A DNA stretch of 64,000 bases, from the NCBI GenBank assembly GCA_963664325.2, contig CAXXDQ010000003.1:928001-992000 (forward strand), in the 5' to 3' direction. The notes under the pieces were generated by a model. That model was not told the origin of the DNA and ran no database searches. It saw only the letters and a list, made by a program, of their open reading frames with translations. Both the position numbers and the translations under genes were made by a program. Source of the stretch: Desulfomonilia bacterium (GTDB taxonomy: Bacteria > Desulfobacterota > Desulfomonilia > UBA1062). Below are positions 48,331 through 58,076 of this stretch, one piece after another. The stretch's first letter is position 1. Each line of letters begins with the position of its first letter.

Positions 48331-49992
48331 GCTTCTTGAATATTCCCAGCCGGTAAGGGCATCATAGGCCTCTTCGGGAGTTCGGGATCCAGATAGTTTT
48401 TCAGTGAGCTGCTTGTCCTTAAGCGCTCTTGCCGTGAGTCCAAGCAGTCTGATCTGCATGTCGGGGTTTTCAAGAGGGGACAAAATAAGAAAAACAAATT
48501 GAATTGGTCTGTCTGTCACCACATCTGAAACACCTTTGCGTGTCAGTCCAAGGGCCACGGATGTTTTTTTCAGGGCGCTTATCCTTGCATGCGGGAAAGC
48601 GGCCCCTTCATTATAAAATGTCGAACCCTGGCCCTCCCTTTCAAGAACGGCCCTCAAAACACCGTCTTTATGTTCCGTTCCCGAGATAGTTGCAGCGGTT
48701 TCGCACAGTTTCTTCAGAAGGATATCCTTCGGGACGGCATCTTCAAAAATCAGAATGCCTTCAGGCGACATGAACCTGCTCAGGAGGTTGCCCTGGCCGT
48801 CATGCTTTGTTCTTCTTGATTCGGTCAGGGTTTCGGTTTTGCCGTTTTCAAGAGCCTTGCCGCCCGCCGTCTTCGTGTCATGGATTATGATGGTGATGTC
48901 TTTCGCCTTCTTAATCAGACGGCCTGCAATATCCTGTTTGCCGGTCAGCTTTTTCCACCAGGGAATATCCGCCGGACTCCCTATTATCACATGTCCGACC
49001 CTGTATTCCTTGGCGAACTGAAGGATCGCCTCGGCAATATTTTCACCCTTGAATGTAAATACCAGCGCTCCCAGCTGTTTGGCCAGGGTCAGGGTATCGG
49101 AGAGGAGCCTCTGGGTAAGCGAATCTATAAAGCCCGGTTCTTCGGACGGGGTCTGGATATAAACTGCGTACCAGTTTCTGTTCAGCCTTCCCGCCAGCCG
49201 GGACGCATATCTCAGCAGCCTCTCGCTGTTGGGTCCTTTAGATGAGAGACAGACCATTATCTGGTCAGGGGTTGCGGCGAGGCTGTCCTCGTTCAGGTCC
49301 CGGGCCTTCAGGTCGATCTGCGAAGCAAGTTCCCGCAGAGTGAGTTCCCTTAACTGTTCAAGGTTTGTCTTCTTGAAGAAATTACTCAGCGCCGTTTCAA
49401 CCCTTTCCCTGGGGTATATCTTGCCTTGCCTGAGCCTCTCGTTGAGATCTTCCGTGGTCAGATCGACATTTACTATCTCGTCTGCGTCGGCCAGCACGGA
49501 ATCGGGTATGCGTTCGAAGACCCTGACATTGGAAGCCTTTTCTACAATATTATATAAACTTTCGATGTGCTGTATATTGAGCGTGGTAATGACATGGATA
49601 CCCTCGGCAAGTATGTCCTGGACGTCCTCATAGCGCTTGGCGTTCCTTCCGCCCGGGACGTTCGTATGCGCAAGCTCGTCGATAAGTACGACCTGGGGCC
49701 TTCTGGCTATTATTGCTTCGGTATCCATTTCCTCGAGTACGATGCCCCGGTACTCATGGCGCTTCCTCGGGATGATCTCAAGACCTTCAAGCAGCGCTGC
49801 GGTTTCCCTGCGGCCGTGAGTCTCGACAAGACCGACTGCGGCGTCCACCCCGGCTGAGACCATCCTGTGGGCCTCTTCGAGCATTTCATAGGTCTTGCCC
49901 ACGCCTGCGGCATAACCCAGGTAAACCTTCAGACGCCCCCGCTTTGAGCCCCGGATCATTTTAAGAAATGAATCAGCCCTGTTATCTTCCAT
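48310..49992 (-). CDS. kdpD: Kinase-less KdpD (KdpD N-terminal + Usp domains) fused to a C-terminal PTS EIIA (Ntr/Fru-type) domain
   Basis: GRLKVYLGYAAGVGKT, DELAHTN, TTLNIQHIESL and LRELTLR; Usp-like MVCLSS; C-terminal ERE..GST...GAAFPHAR and VFLILSP. No TM helices and no H-box. Confidence 0.85.
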   Translation of the reverse strand: MEDNRADSFLKMIRGSKRGRLKVYLGYAAGVGKTYEMLEEAHRMVSAGVDAAVGLVETHGRRETAALLEGLEIIPRKRHEYRGIVLEEMDTEAIIARRPQVVLIDELAHTNVPGGRNAKRYEDVQDILAEGIHVITTLNIQHIESLYNIVEKASNVRVFERIPDSVLADADEIVNVDLTTEDLNERLRQGKIYPRERVETALSNFFKKTNLEQLRELTLRELASQIDLKARDLNEDSLAATPDQIMVCLSSKGPNSERLLRYASRLAGRLNRNWYAVYIQTPSEEPGFIDSLTQRLLSDTLTLAKQLGALVFTFKGENIAEAILQFAKEYRVGHVIIGSPADIPWWKKLTGKQDIAGRLIKKAKDITIIIHDTKTAGGKALENGKTETLTESRRTKHDGQGNLLSRFMSPEGILIFEDAVPKDILLKKLCETAATISGTEHKDGVLRAVLEREGQGSTFYNEGAAFPHARISALKKTSVALGLTRKGVSDVVTDRPIQFVFLILSPLENPDMQIRLLGLTARALKDKQLTEKLSGSRTPEEAYDALTGWEYSRSSTADNI

Positions 49993-50578
49993 CAGAGGAC
50001 CTTTCCCTGTTCAGCCCGTAATTTAGCATGAGCACATTAACGCCCGGCTCTCCCAGAAAGCCCAGGCCCCTTCCTTCAAGATATTTCATGACCATATGCC
50101 TTATGTGATTTTCATTCAACTTTCTTGCCCTTGCCACCCTTGGAACCTGAAGGAGGGCGTTATCGAGGCTTATATGGGGGTCGAGTCCGCTTGCCGAGGC
50201 TGTTACTGCATCAGCAGGTATTAATGCATTTCTCGCCAGGCCGTTGATCCTCCTGTATGACCCGGTTCTCATTTTCAGAGTATCCGCAAATTTCCTTGAT
50301 AAGGGACCGAGATTGGAGCCGCCCGAACCTGCTGCGTCATAGCCCTGACCAGCCGCTGACGGCCTCGGGTGAAAATATTCATCACCGGAAAACCCCTGTG
50401 GAATCAGCCTTGAGCCGGCAAGCCTCCCATTGTCATAAAAAAGGGAGCCGTTTGCCTTTTCATTAAAGAAAGTCTGGGCAATTCCAAAGACAATTGCAGG
50501 ATAAATGCCGCAGGCAAGCACTCCGATAACTGCAGTAAGAATAAGGGCAGTTCTGATCTCTCTGATTATCGCTTTCAT
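49982..50578 (-). CDS. kdpC: K+-transporting ATPase subunit C
   Basis: ANGSL, YFHPRPSA, SGGSNLGP, SASGLDPHIS and VNVLMLN. Confidence 0.95.
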   Translation of the reverse strand: MKAIIREIRTALILTAVIGVLACGIYPAIVFGIAQTFFNEKANGSLFYDNGRLAGSRLIPQGFSGDEYFHPRPSAAGQGYDAAGSGGSNLGPLSRKFADTLKMRTGSYRRINGLARNALIPADAVTASASGLDPHISLDNALLQVPRVARARKLNENHIRHMVMKYLEGRGLGFLGEPGVNVLMLNYGLNRERSSDGR

Positions 50579-50590
50579 GATCTGGGCCGC

Positions 50591-52615
50591 CTACACGATG
50601 CCAAGGCCTGTCAATATCATGTCTATGAGCTTGATGCCGGGAAACGGGGCTATTATGCCGCCCAGGCCGTATATCATCAGGTTCCTCTTGAGCAGACTGG
50701 CGGCGCCTGCCGGCCTGAACCTTACCCCGCGCAAAGCCAGCGGTATGAGGGCGATTATAATGAGCGCATTGAAAACGACCGCGCTCAGTATGGCGCTCTC
50801 GGGGGAGTTCAGACGCATGACGTTGAGCGGGGCTACTACCGGGAATACATTCACGAGCATGGCCGGTATGATGGCGAAATATTTTGCGGCGTCGTTTGCA
50901 ATGCTGAAGGTGGTCAGAGCCCCCCTTGTGATGAGCATCTGCTTGCCTGTCTCGACAATCTCGATGAGCTTTGTGGGGTTCGAGTCCAGGTCTATCATGT
51001 TGCCGGCCTCCTTGGCCGCCTGCGTTCCAGTATTCATTGCCACGCCCACATCGGCCTGGGCAAGGGCCGGAGCGTCGTTCGTCCCGTCGCCGGTCATGGC
51101 GACCATATGCCCTGCCGCCTGCTCCCTCCTGATAAGGGACAGTTTGTCTTCGGGCCTCGCCTCGGCCACAAAGTCGTCAACCCCCGCTTCATTGGCGATC
51201 GCCGAGGCCGTGAGCGGATTATCCCCTGTGATCATGACCGTCTTTATGCCCATTTTACGGAAAAGTTCGAACCGGTCCCTGAGACCTCCCTTGACAATAT
51301 CCTTCAGGTGTATGGCTCCCAGCACACGCTTGTTTTCCGCAACGACAAGCGGCGTGCCTCCCGAGCCAGCTATTGACTCGACAGAGAGCCCAACCTCTTT
51401 GGGAAGGGTGCTGCCGGTGAAATTTTTTATGACGTCGGCGGAGCCTTTTCGGATGCTTTTGCCGTCGATATCGACGCCGCTCATGCGGGTCTGCGCCGTG
51501 AAATTCATGAATACGGCATGCGGCATCTCAGTTATTGAGCGGCCCCTCAGCCCGTACTCTTTGGCGAGAATCACTATGCTCCGGCCCTCCGGGGTTTCGT
51601 CAGCCAGCGAAGAGAGCTGGGCGGCGCTTGCAAGTTCTTCCACACTTACCCCGTTCGCCGGAATGAACCCGGTGGCCTGCCGGTCGCCCAGGGTTATCGT
51701 GCCGGTCTTGTCCAGCAGCAGCACATCGACATCGCCTGCGGCTTCAACCGCGCGGCCGCTCATTGCAAGCACATTCTTCTGCACCATCCGGTCAATGCCG
51801 GCAATGCCGACGGCGCTTAAAAGCCCGCCTATCGTTGTGGGAATGAGGCAGACCAGCAGCGCAGCCAGCACGGTTATCGACAGGTTGACTCCCGAATAGA
51901 TTCCGAAGAATTTCAAGCTTATGATAACCACGAGAAATATGATCGTGAGCGCCGACAGGAGTATGGTCAGCGCTATTTCGTTGGGAGTCTTCTGCCTTTT
52001 GGCGCCTTCGACCAGAGATATCATGTGATCGAGAAAACTTTCTCCCGGGTTTGTTGAAACCTTTACGATTATGAAATCGGTCAGCACCTTTGTGCCGCCC
52101 ACTACCGAACTTCTGTCGCCGCCCGCTTCCCTTACCACCGGGGCGGACTCGCCGGTTATGGCCGATTCGTCCACCATGGCCACACCCTCGATTATCTCGC
52201 CGTCGGCCGGGATGATTTCGCCGGCCGAGACCATTACGATGTCGCTTTTCCTCAATACGTCGGAAACGACCCTTTCGCTCGAACCGTCCTGCCTCAGGCG
52301 GTTGGCATATGTTTGTCTCCGTGTCTTTCTCAGGTTGTCGGCCTGGGCCTTGCCCCTGCCTTCGGCCAGGGCCTCTGCGAAGTTGGCGAAGAGGACCGTG
52401 AACCACAGCCAGATAGCTATCTGCAGGTTGAATCCTGTATTCCCTCCCTCCGGCTTTATGAAAAGCTCGATCGTTGAAACGGCGGCTCCGACTTCGGTGA
52501 CGAAAATGACCGGATTTTTCAGAAGGTTTATCGGACTGAGCTTTTTTACCGACTCCCGCATCGCAGGGAATATTATCTCCTTTTCGATGAGGGTGCTTTT
52601 TTTCGTGGCCGGCAT
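50591..52615 (-). CDS. kdpB: K+-transporting ATPase subunit B
   Basis: TGES, DKTGTIT, TGDN and [10 protein letters not shown]. Confidence 0.97.
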   Translation of the reverse strand: MPATKKSTLIEKEIIFPAMRESVKKLSPINLLKNPVIFVTEVGAAVSTIELFIKPEGGNTGFNLQIAIWLWFTVLFANFAEALAEGRGKAQADNLRKTRRQTYANRLRQDGSSERVVSDVLRKSDIVMVSAGEIIPADGEIIEGVAMVDESAITGESAPVVREAGGDRSSVVGGTKVLTDFIIVKVSTNPGESFLDHMISLVEGAKRQKTPNEIALTILLSALTIIFLVVIISLKFFGIYSGVNLSITVLAALLVCLIPTTIGGLLSAVGIAGIDRMVQKNVLAMSGRAVEAAGDVDVLLLDKTGTITLGDRQATGFIPANGVSVEELASAAQLSSLADETPEGRSIVILAKEYGLRGRSITEMPHAVFMNFTAQTRMSGVDIDGKSIRKGSADVIKNFTGSTLPKEVGLSVESIAGSGGTPLVVAENKRVLGAIHLKDIVKGGLRDRFELFRKMGIKTVMITGDNPLTASAIANEAGVDDFVAEARPEDKLSLIRREQAAGHMVAMTGDGTNDAPALAQADVGVAMNTGTQAAKEAGNMIDLDSNPTKLIEIVETGKQMLITRGALTTFSIANDAAKYFAIIPAMLVNVFPVVAPLNVMRLNSPESAILSAVVFNALIIIALIPLALRGVRFRPAGAASLLKRNLMIYGLGGIIAPFPGIKLIDMILTGLGIV

Positions 52616-52625
52616 ATATATCCTC

Positions 52626-54356
52626 CTAGAATAGTGCGCCTGACTTCAGCATGAGCAGGTGCTCGACAACAGGTCCGATAGAGAGCGCGGGGAAAAAAGT
52701 GAGCGCACCCACGATGAGGATGACTCCCGCCAGCATTGAAGCAAACAGGAGGCCTTCGACAGGGAACGTCCCTGAACTTTCCGTTGAGCGCTTTTTTCCT
52801 GCCAGGTTCCCTGCAAGCGCCAGAACCGGAGCGATCATGAGAAAACGGCCGGCGAGCATGGCAATGCCTAGCGTGATGTTATAGAAGGGCGTATTGGCGT
52901 TCAGCCCGGCAAAGGCGCTGCCGTTGTTACCGGCGGCCGAAGAGAAGGCATAGAGCATCTCGGACAGGCCGTGGGGCCCTGAATTGCCAAGGCCTGCCAG
53001 CCCTGATCTGCTGACGGCCGCCCAGGCCGTGAACCCGAGGATTGTCAGCACGGGAACCATGATGTAAAGGACGCCGGCCTTGATGTCGTAGGCCTCGATC
53101 TTCTTGCCCAGATACTCAGGTGTGCGTCCTATCATAAGGCCTGCAATAAATACTGTCATGACTACAAAGATCAGCATGCCGTAAAGCCCGGACCCGACGC
53201 CACCGAAGATCAATTCGCCAAGCTGGATATTGAGCATCGGCACGAATCCGCCGAGCGGGGTATATGAATCCAGCATGGAATTCACGGCCCCGCAGGATGC
53301 GTCCGTCGTAACGGCCGTGAACAGGGCTGAGCCTGCAATGCCGAACCTGGTTTCCTTGCCCTCCATGTTGCCTCCTAAAGGGTCTATGCCGAGCGTCGCA
53401 TAAGACGGGTTGCCCTGGATTTCCGCATGCCAGCACACGATCATAAGGCTTAAGAAAATCGCCAGCATGACCCCGAAGAGCGTCCATCCATGGCGGCTGT
53501 TTTTTGCAACGCATCCGAAATAATAGGTAAGGCCTGCAGGGATCAGGAATATTGAAAGCATCTGGACGAAATTGGTCAGGGGCGTAGGGTTTTCAAAGGG
53601 ATGGGCGGAGTTGGCGTTAAAGAAGCCGCCGCCGTTTGTCCCGAGCATTTTTATCGCCTCCTGCGAGGCGACGGGACCCTGTGCTATCGTTTGCGTATTC
53701 GCCGTGCCGGGTTCGAGCAGGTGCGCGATATCATAAGGTCTGAAATTATCTATCACACCCTGCGACACCAGGAACACGGCATAAACAAGGCAGGCCGGGA
53801 TGAGCAGGTAGAGGTTTATTCTGATTATGTCCGTCCAGAAATTTCCGACCGTTCTGGCCTTGCTGGCCGCAATACCCCTTGCAAGTGCGGCGGCAACGGC
53901 TATACCGGCTGCGGCCGAAACAAAGTTCTGAAAGGTAAGGGCCGTCATCTGCGAAAGGTATGACATTGTCGTTTCGCCCGCATAGCTCTGCCAGTTCGTG
54001 TTTGATGTGAAACTGGCAGCGGTGTTGAACGCAAGGTCCGTGCTCAATGATGGGAACCTCTGCGGATTGAGAGGCAGGATATCCTGGAGCTTCAGTATCG
54101 TGAAGGTCATAATAAAACCGGCCAGGCTGAATATGAGAAGGGAGGCGAGATAGCCTTTCCATGACTGGCCCTTTAACGGGTCAACCCCTGCAATCCTGTA
54201 AATAAGCCTTTCAACAGGCTTGAACAGGCGGTCAAGAAAGGTCTTGCCGGAAGGGTCAAGCACCGCCGTGAGATAGATGCCGGCCGGTTTCGTGAGCAGG
54301 AACAATATCAGGACGAAGAGGAGAATCTGAATCGAACTGTGAGCATCGTTTAACAT
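52626..54356 (-). CDS. kdpA: K+-transporting ATPase subunit A
   Basis: [21 protein letters not shown] and NNGSAF. Confidence 0.97.
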   Translation of the reverse strand: MLNDAHSSIQILLFVLILFLLTKPAGIYLTAVLDPSGKTFLDRLFKPVERLIYRIAGVDPLKGQSWKGYLASLLIFSLAGFIMTFTILKLQDILPLNPQRFPSLSTDLAFNTAASFTSNTNWQSYAGETTMSYLSQMTALTFQNFVSAAAGIAVAAALARGIAASKARTVGNFWTDIIRINLYLLIPACLVYAVFLVSQGVIDNFRPYDIAHLLEPGTANTQTIAQGPVASQEAIKMLGTNGGGFFNANSAHPFENPTPLTNFVQMLSIFLIPAGLTYYFGCVAKNSRHGWTLFGVMLAIFLSLMIVCWHAEIQGNPSYATLGIDPLGGNMEGKETRFGIAGSALFTAVTTDASCGAVNSMLDSYTPLGGFVPMLNIQLGELIFGGVGSGLYGMLIFVVMTVFIAGLMIGRTPEYLGKKIEAYDIKAGVLYIMVPVLTILGFTAWAAVSRSGLAGLGNSGPHGLSEMLYAFSSAAGNNGSAFAGLNANTPFYNITLGIAMLAGRFLMIAPVLALAGNLAGKKRSTESSGTFPVEGLLFASMLAGVILIVGALTFFPALSIGPVVEHLLMLKSGALF

Positions 54357-54370
54357 ATATGTCCGCCGCC

Positions 54371-54454
54371 TTAAAATTTTTCCGGGTTGGTAATGCTCAG
54401 AAAGAGATAGGCGATCAGCACCAGCGCTACGATAAGGATTATTCCTTCAAACAT
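54371..54454 (-). CDS. kdpF: K+-transporting ATPase subunit F (27 aa, MFEGIILIVALVLIAYLFLSITNPEKF)
   Basis: Manual translation. One TM helix ending YL...PEKF, immediately upstream of kdpA. Confidence 0.9.
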   Translation of the reverse strand: MFEGIILIVALVLIAYLFLSITNPEKF

Positions 54455-54457
54455 GCC

Positions 54458-56299
54458 TTACACCCGGCCCCGGCTTTCCTGCTTTTCGGCTATGGGTAAG
54501 GAGAAGGTGAATACGCTGCCTTCCCCTTCGGCGCTTTCCGCTTTGACGGTGCCTCCGTGAGCCTCGACGATCTCCTTTACTATCGCAAGCCCCAGGCCTG
54601 TTCCGGGCTCGTTTTCCTGCCTCGGCACACGGAAAAAGCGGTTGAATATCTCCGGGATATACTGCGCGGGGATGCCTGAACCCGTGTCAGTTACGATAAA
54701 CCATACGTGATCGAACAGCGTCTCTGCATGAAGAGTTATATTTCCTCCGGAAGGCGTGTATTTCAGGGCATTGGAGATCAGGTTCGCAAAGACGTGATCG
54801 ATCTGCGACGCATCGGCCATGACATCGGGCAGATCATCGGGTATATCGGTAACGAGTTCAACCCCCTTGTCGCGCGCCGCGCTGTTGAAGCGTTTGGCGG
54901 AGTCCGCCATCATCTTGGACGGTGAAACCCATTCAACCTTAAGGACGGTACTGCCAGACTCCAGCCTGCTTATATCGAGAAGGTTCTCGATAATATCATT
55001 AAGCCTGTCGCTTTCCTCACGCGCCGTCACCAGCAGGTCGGCCTGCCCGGTGGTCAGCGGACCCTGCCTTTCATTCAACAGTATGTAAATCGCCATGCGC
55101 AATGACGTCAGCGGCGTCTTCAGCTGGTGGGAAACCGCCGATATGAGGTCTGTCCTGAGTTCGTCGTGTTCAATCCGTCCGGTTATGTCGTTTGCTATAA
55201 GTATTGCGCCTGTGGTCTGTTTGAAATTATCCAGTATGGGTACAACCATCGGCTGGAAGTAATATTCCTTTGCATTATCGAAATGCTGAACGACATTTAT
55301 GCCCTTTTGAAAAGCCTCCTGACCGGGCCGCTTTGTAACTGAACTGACAACATCTCCCATCCATTTGTACGGCAGGTCATGGATATTGACGTTTTCATTC
55401 AGGCCGAATATCTCCCTTGCGGGCTTCGAGGACATCTCGACCACGCCGTCATTGTCAAGGATGGCCACGACATCAGGCAGGCTGTCAAATGTCTGCTGCG
55501 CAGACTGTTTAAGCCTTATCATCTTGACCTCATCGCTGCGCCTGAAATCTCTCAGGCTTGCGGCCATTTCGTTAAAGGCCTCAGAAAGCCGCCCTATCTC
55601 GTCTCTTGAGCCGGCTGAGATTACGAGGTCCAGGTTGCCCTTCCTTATCTCATCAACCGAAGAGGTGAGCCTCATTATCGGTTCGAGTATCCACCGGCCT
55701 ATCAGAAAGGAGTAGACAGCCGTTATTGCGGCGCCGATGAGGAGAAACACGTACATCATCGTGCGTGAGGCCACCGCCTTGTGCTTTGCGTTTGCATCAG
55801 CCTGATGCATGTTCTGCTGATTCATCGTCAGGATTTCGTCCGCCGTATTCCTGATCAGGTTTACGAGCGGAAGAGAGTCGTGAAAATAGATTTTCTCTGC
55901 TTCTTCCTTTTTTACAGTGCCCGTGTTGATGCTGTTGATTATGGTCATGTAGCTTCTGAAAAGGCTCTTGATCTTCATCGCGGACTCATGTTCGCCCGGG
56001 AGCGTTATATTGTTAAGTTCCACGTCCAGGGCTTTTTCAAAGAGTGCGGAGTTTCTTTGAATGGCGCCTGAGCCTTTTTCAGGATAGCCGAGGATCATAT
56101 ACATTTCACCGTCGTCAATTCTTTCCACCGCCTCCTTCATTTCCTGGCACGCGCGGACGCTCCTGTAGTTCTCTTTCATTATAGAGCCTATTGCGCCGCC
56201 CAGAGAAGTAATCTGTATGATGCTGATTGTCCCGATGACTGCGGTAATGAGCAGAAGCCCCGATAATCCTATCAGCATTTTTTGCTTCAGACTGAGCAT
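54458..56299 (-). CDS. Membrane sensor histidine kinase (periplasmic four-helix sensor, HAMP, PAS, HisKA, HATPase; KinB-like)
   Basis: Two TM segments, DEIGRLSEAFNEM, SHQLKTPLT, NLISNALKYT, DTGSGI and GTGLGL. Confidence 0.92.
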   Translation of the reverse strand: MLSLKQKMLIGLSGLLLITAVIGTISIIQITSLGGAIGSIMKENYRSVRACQEMKEAVERIDDGEMYMILGYPEKGSGAIQRNSALFEKALDVELNNITLPGEHESAMKIKSLFRSYMTIINSINTGTVKKEEAEKIYFHDSLPLVNLIRNTADEILTMNQQNMHQADANAKHKAVASRTMMYVFLLIGAAITAVYSFLIGRWILEPIMRLTSSVDEIRKGNLDLVISAGSRDEIGRLSEAFNEMAASLRDFRRSDEVKMIRLKQSAQQTFDSLPDVVAILDNDGVVEMSSKPAREIFGLNENVNIHDLPYKWMGDVVSSVTKRPGQEAFQKGINVVQHFDNAKEYYFQPMVVPILDNFKQTTGAILIANDITGRIEHDELRTDLISAVSHQLKTPLTSLRMAIYILLNERQGPLTTGQADLLVTAREESDRLNDIIENLLDISRLESGSTVLKVEWVSPSKMMADSAKRFNSAARDKGVELVTDIPDDLPDVMADASQIDHVFANLISNALKYTPSGGNITLHAETLFDHVWFIVTDTGSGIPAQYIPEIFNRFFRVPRQENEPGTGLGLAIVKEIVEAHGGTVKAESAEGEGSVFTFSLPIAEKQESRGRV

Positions 56300-56327
56300 G
56301 TACGGCCACTCCTTTCAAAAACAACAA

Positions 56328-56343
56328 AGCAATCGCCGTGCCA
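56328..56343 (-). promoter_or_regulatory. Sigma54 (-24/-12) promoter upstream of kinase-kdpFABC-kdpD
   Basis: The minus strand reads TGGCACGGCGATTGCT, an exact TGGCAC-N5-TTGC(A/T) match about 30 nt upstream of the kinase ATG. Confidence 0.85.
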
Positions 56344-56396
56344 GTGCATGGACTCCATAATTACAATAAGTTGGAAAGATTGACATTGAAAAGGTA

Positions 56397-56441
56397 TTGC
56401 ATAAAGCAAGATCGGGCTCCGGGCCGAATTGCAAAATGCAA
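56397..56441. promoter_or_regulatory. Pair of palindromic enhancer (activator-binding) sites
   Basis: TTGCATAAAGCAA (56397-56409) and TTGCAAAATGCAA (56429-56441), 32 bp apart and upstream of the sigma54 promoter. Confidence 0.65.
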
Positions 56442-56483
56442 GGCGCTGCAGCGATCTTCGGCAAAGGCTAAACGGCAGTAAGC

Positions 56484-57827
56484 CTAGATGTTATACCGCT
56501 TTCGCTTGCGCCAGAGCGTGGCCTGGTCGACGCCCAGGATATCGGAGGCCTCCTGCAGGGACCTGGCGGATGAAAGGACGCTTCGTATATGCATCTCTTC
56601 GATCTTGTCCAGGGATACCCTGTCTCCGGGCCTTATCGTATTCCTTGCGCCCGTGAGCTTTTCCGGCAGATATTCGATCCCCACGGTCTCTGACTTGCAC
56701 AGGATGGAAGCCCTTTCCACGGCATTTCTCAATTCCCTGATATTGCCCGGCCACGAGTATCTTTCGAGCGCTTCGAGCGCTTCGTCCGAGAAATACTGAG
56801 AGGAGCGGTGGTTGTTCCGGGCAAAGAATGCAAGCAGCCTTGAGGCGATGGGCGCGATATCCTCGACGCGCTCCCTCAAGGGCGGCAACTCTATCTGGAT
56901 GACGTTCAGCCTGTAAAAAAGGTCCTCCCTGAAACGCCGCTCTTTCACCGCCAGCTCAAGGTCGGCATTGGTCGCCGTGACAAGCCTGATGTCCGCTTTT
57001 TTAGTGATGTTCTCCCCGAGCCTTTCATAAGACTTTTCCTGGATGAACCTCAGGAGCTTGGGCTGGATTGAAGCCGGGAGATCGCCGATTTCGTCAAGGA
57101 AGAGCGTTCCGCCCTCGCAGGCGGCGATGCGGCCCGGCGTGTCTTTTACCGCACCGGTGAAAGATCCCCTTAAATGGCCGAAAAGCTCGCTCTCGATAAG
57201 TTCAGCCGACAGGCTGGGGCAGGATATCTCGGCGAACGGCCTGCCGGCCCTCGGGCTCATGGAATGGATGGCCCGGGCCAATACGCTCTTGCCTGAGCCG
57301 TTCTCGCCTGTCAGGAGCACGGTCGAGTCCGTCCCTGCAACCTGTTTTGCGGTCTCGATCGTCTTCAGCATGACCGGACTTTCTGAGAACAAGTCCAGTT
57401 CCGGGCTCAACTTCCCCAGGTCTTTTTTCAGGCCTTCTATGCGCTGTTCGAGCGTGCGCAGGTTGGCGATCTTATCCACGGCCAGTTTTACCTGGGCCGG
57501 CGTGAACGGCTTTGGTATGTAGTCGGCTGCGCCCCGCCTGATGGCCTCGACGGCGGTGTCGATTGAGGCATAGGCGGTTATCACCACTATCTTGAGCCAG
57601 GGCGAGGCCGCAAGCAGTGCAGGGATGAGGTCCAGGCCAGAGTCAGTACCGAGTCTCAGGTCCACAAACGCCATGTCGAACGCCTGCGTCTGATTTGCGC
57701 TCAGCGCGTCATCGAAACCGCCTGATGACCTGACCTTGTGCCCCTCGCTTTCCAGGAACAGGGTAAGAGTCTTGCGGATGTTCTGTTCGTCATCGACTAT
57801 GAGAATGTTGAGGGTGGGTTCGGGCAT
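56484..57827 (-). CDS. Sigma54-dependent response regulator (REC-AAA+-Fis HTH; NtrC/AlgB-like)
   Basis: IVDDE, FVDLRL, GENGSGKS, ESELFGH, GSFTGA, FLDEIG, FREDLFYRLNV, WPGNIREL and a C-terminal HTH. Start is likely MPEPT. Confidence 0.93.
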   Translation of the reverse strand: MPEPTLNILIVDDEQNIRKTLTLFLESEGHKVRSSGGFDDALSANQTQAFDMAFVDLRLGTDSGLDLIPALLAASPWLKIVVITAYASIDTAVEAIRRGAADYIPKPFTPAQVKLAVDKIANLRTLEQRIEGLKKDLGKLSPELDLFSESPVMLKTIETAKQVAGTDSTVLLTGENGSGKSVLARAIHSMSPRAGRPFAEISCPSLSAELIESELFGHLRGSFTGAVKDTPGRIAACEGGTLFLDEIGDLPASIQPKLLRFIQEKSYERLGENITKKADIRLVTATNADLELAVKERRFREDLFYRLNVIQIELPPLRERVEDIAPIASRLLAFFARNNHRSSQYFSDEALEALERYSWPGNIRELRNAVERASILCKSETVGIEYLPEKLTGARNTIRPGDRVSLDKIEEMHIRSVLSSARSLQEASDILGVDQATLWRKRKRYNI

Positions 57828-57904
57828 ATATATAAAACGGCATATTCCTTTTTGTGGCAGCATTCAATGTCATTGTTGCTTAGAGATCGTGGAGGGCCTC
57901 GGTC

Positions 57905-58007
57905 TTTTCGCGCCTTGCTTTGTCGCGCTGCGGGCTGTGACGCTCCGACGTACGTCAATGTACGCCTGCGCGCCTCAACCCTTGCTCTTCGCGCAATCCA
58001 TCGAAAA
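57905..58007. repeat. GC-rich imperfect palindromic element (REP/MITE-like)
   Basis: Core CGTAC-gtcaat-GTACG with outer pairings GGG/CCC, TTGC/GCAA and TTTTCG/CGAAAA. It sits at the GC-to-AT composition boundary. Confidence 0.45.
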
Positions 58008-58076
58008 TTCCATCGGCCATAACTAGTTAACTTATAGAAATACCAAGATCATGAAAGAAAGAGTCTTAAAAGCATT

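Noticed and set aside
50505-51899. 464-aa plus-strand ORF (and similar long ORFs 21178-22047, 34576-35643, 36053-36829)
   Set aside because: These are antisense shadows of well-conserved genes (kdpB, trpB, thiolase, MaoC pair) with no recognisable motifs.
58010-58035. GCCATAAC/GTTAAC as an integron attC core next to the STAND gene
   Set aside because: No properly spaced R''-L''-L'-R' structure and no integrase in the window.
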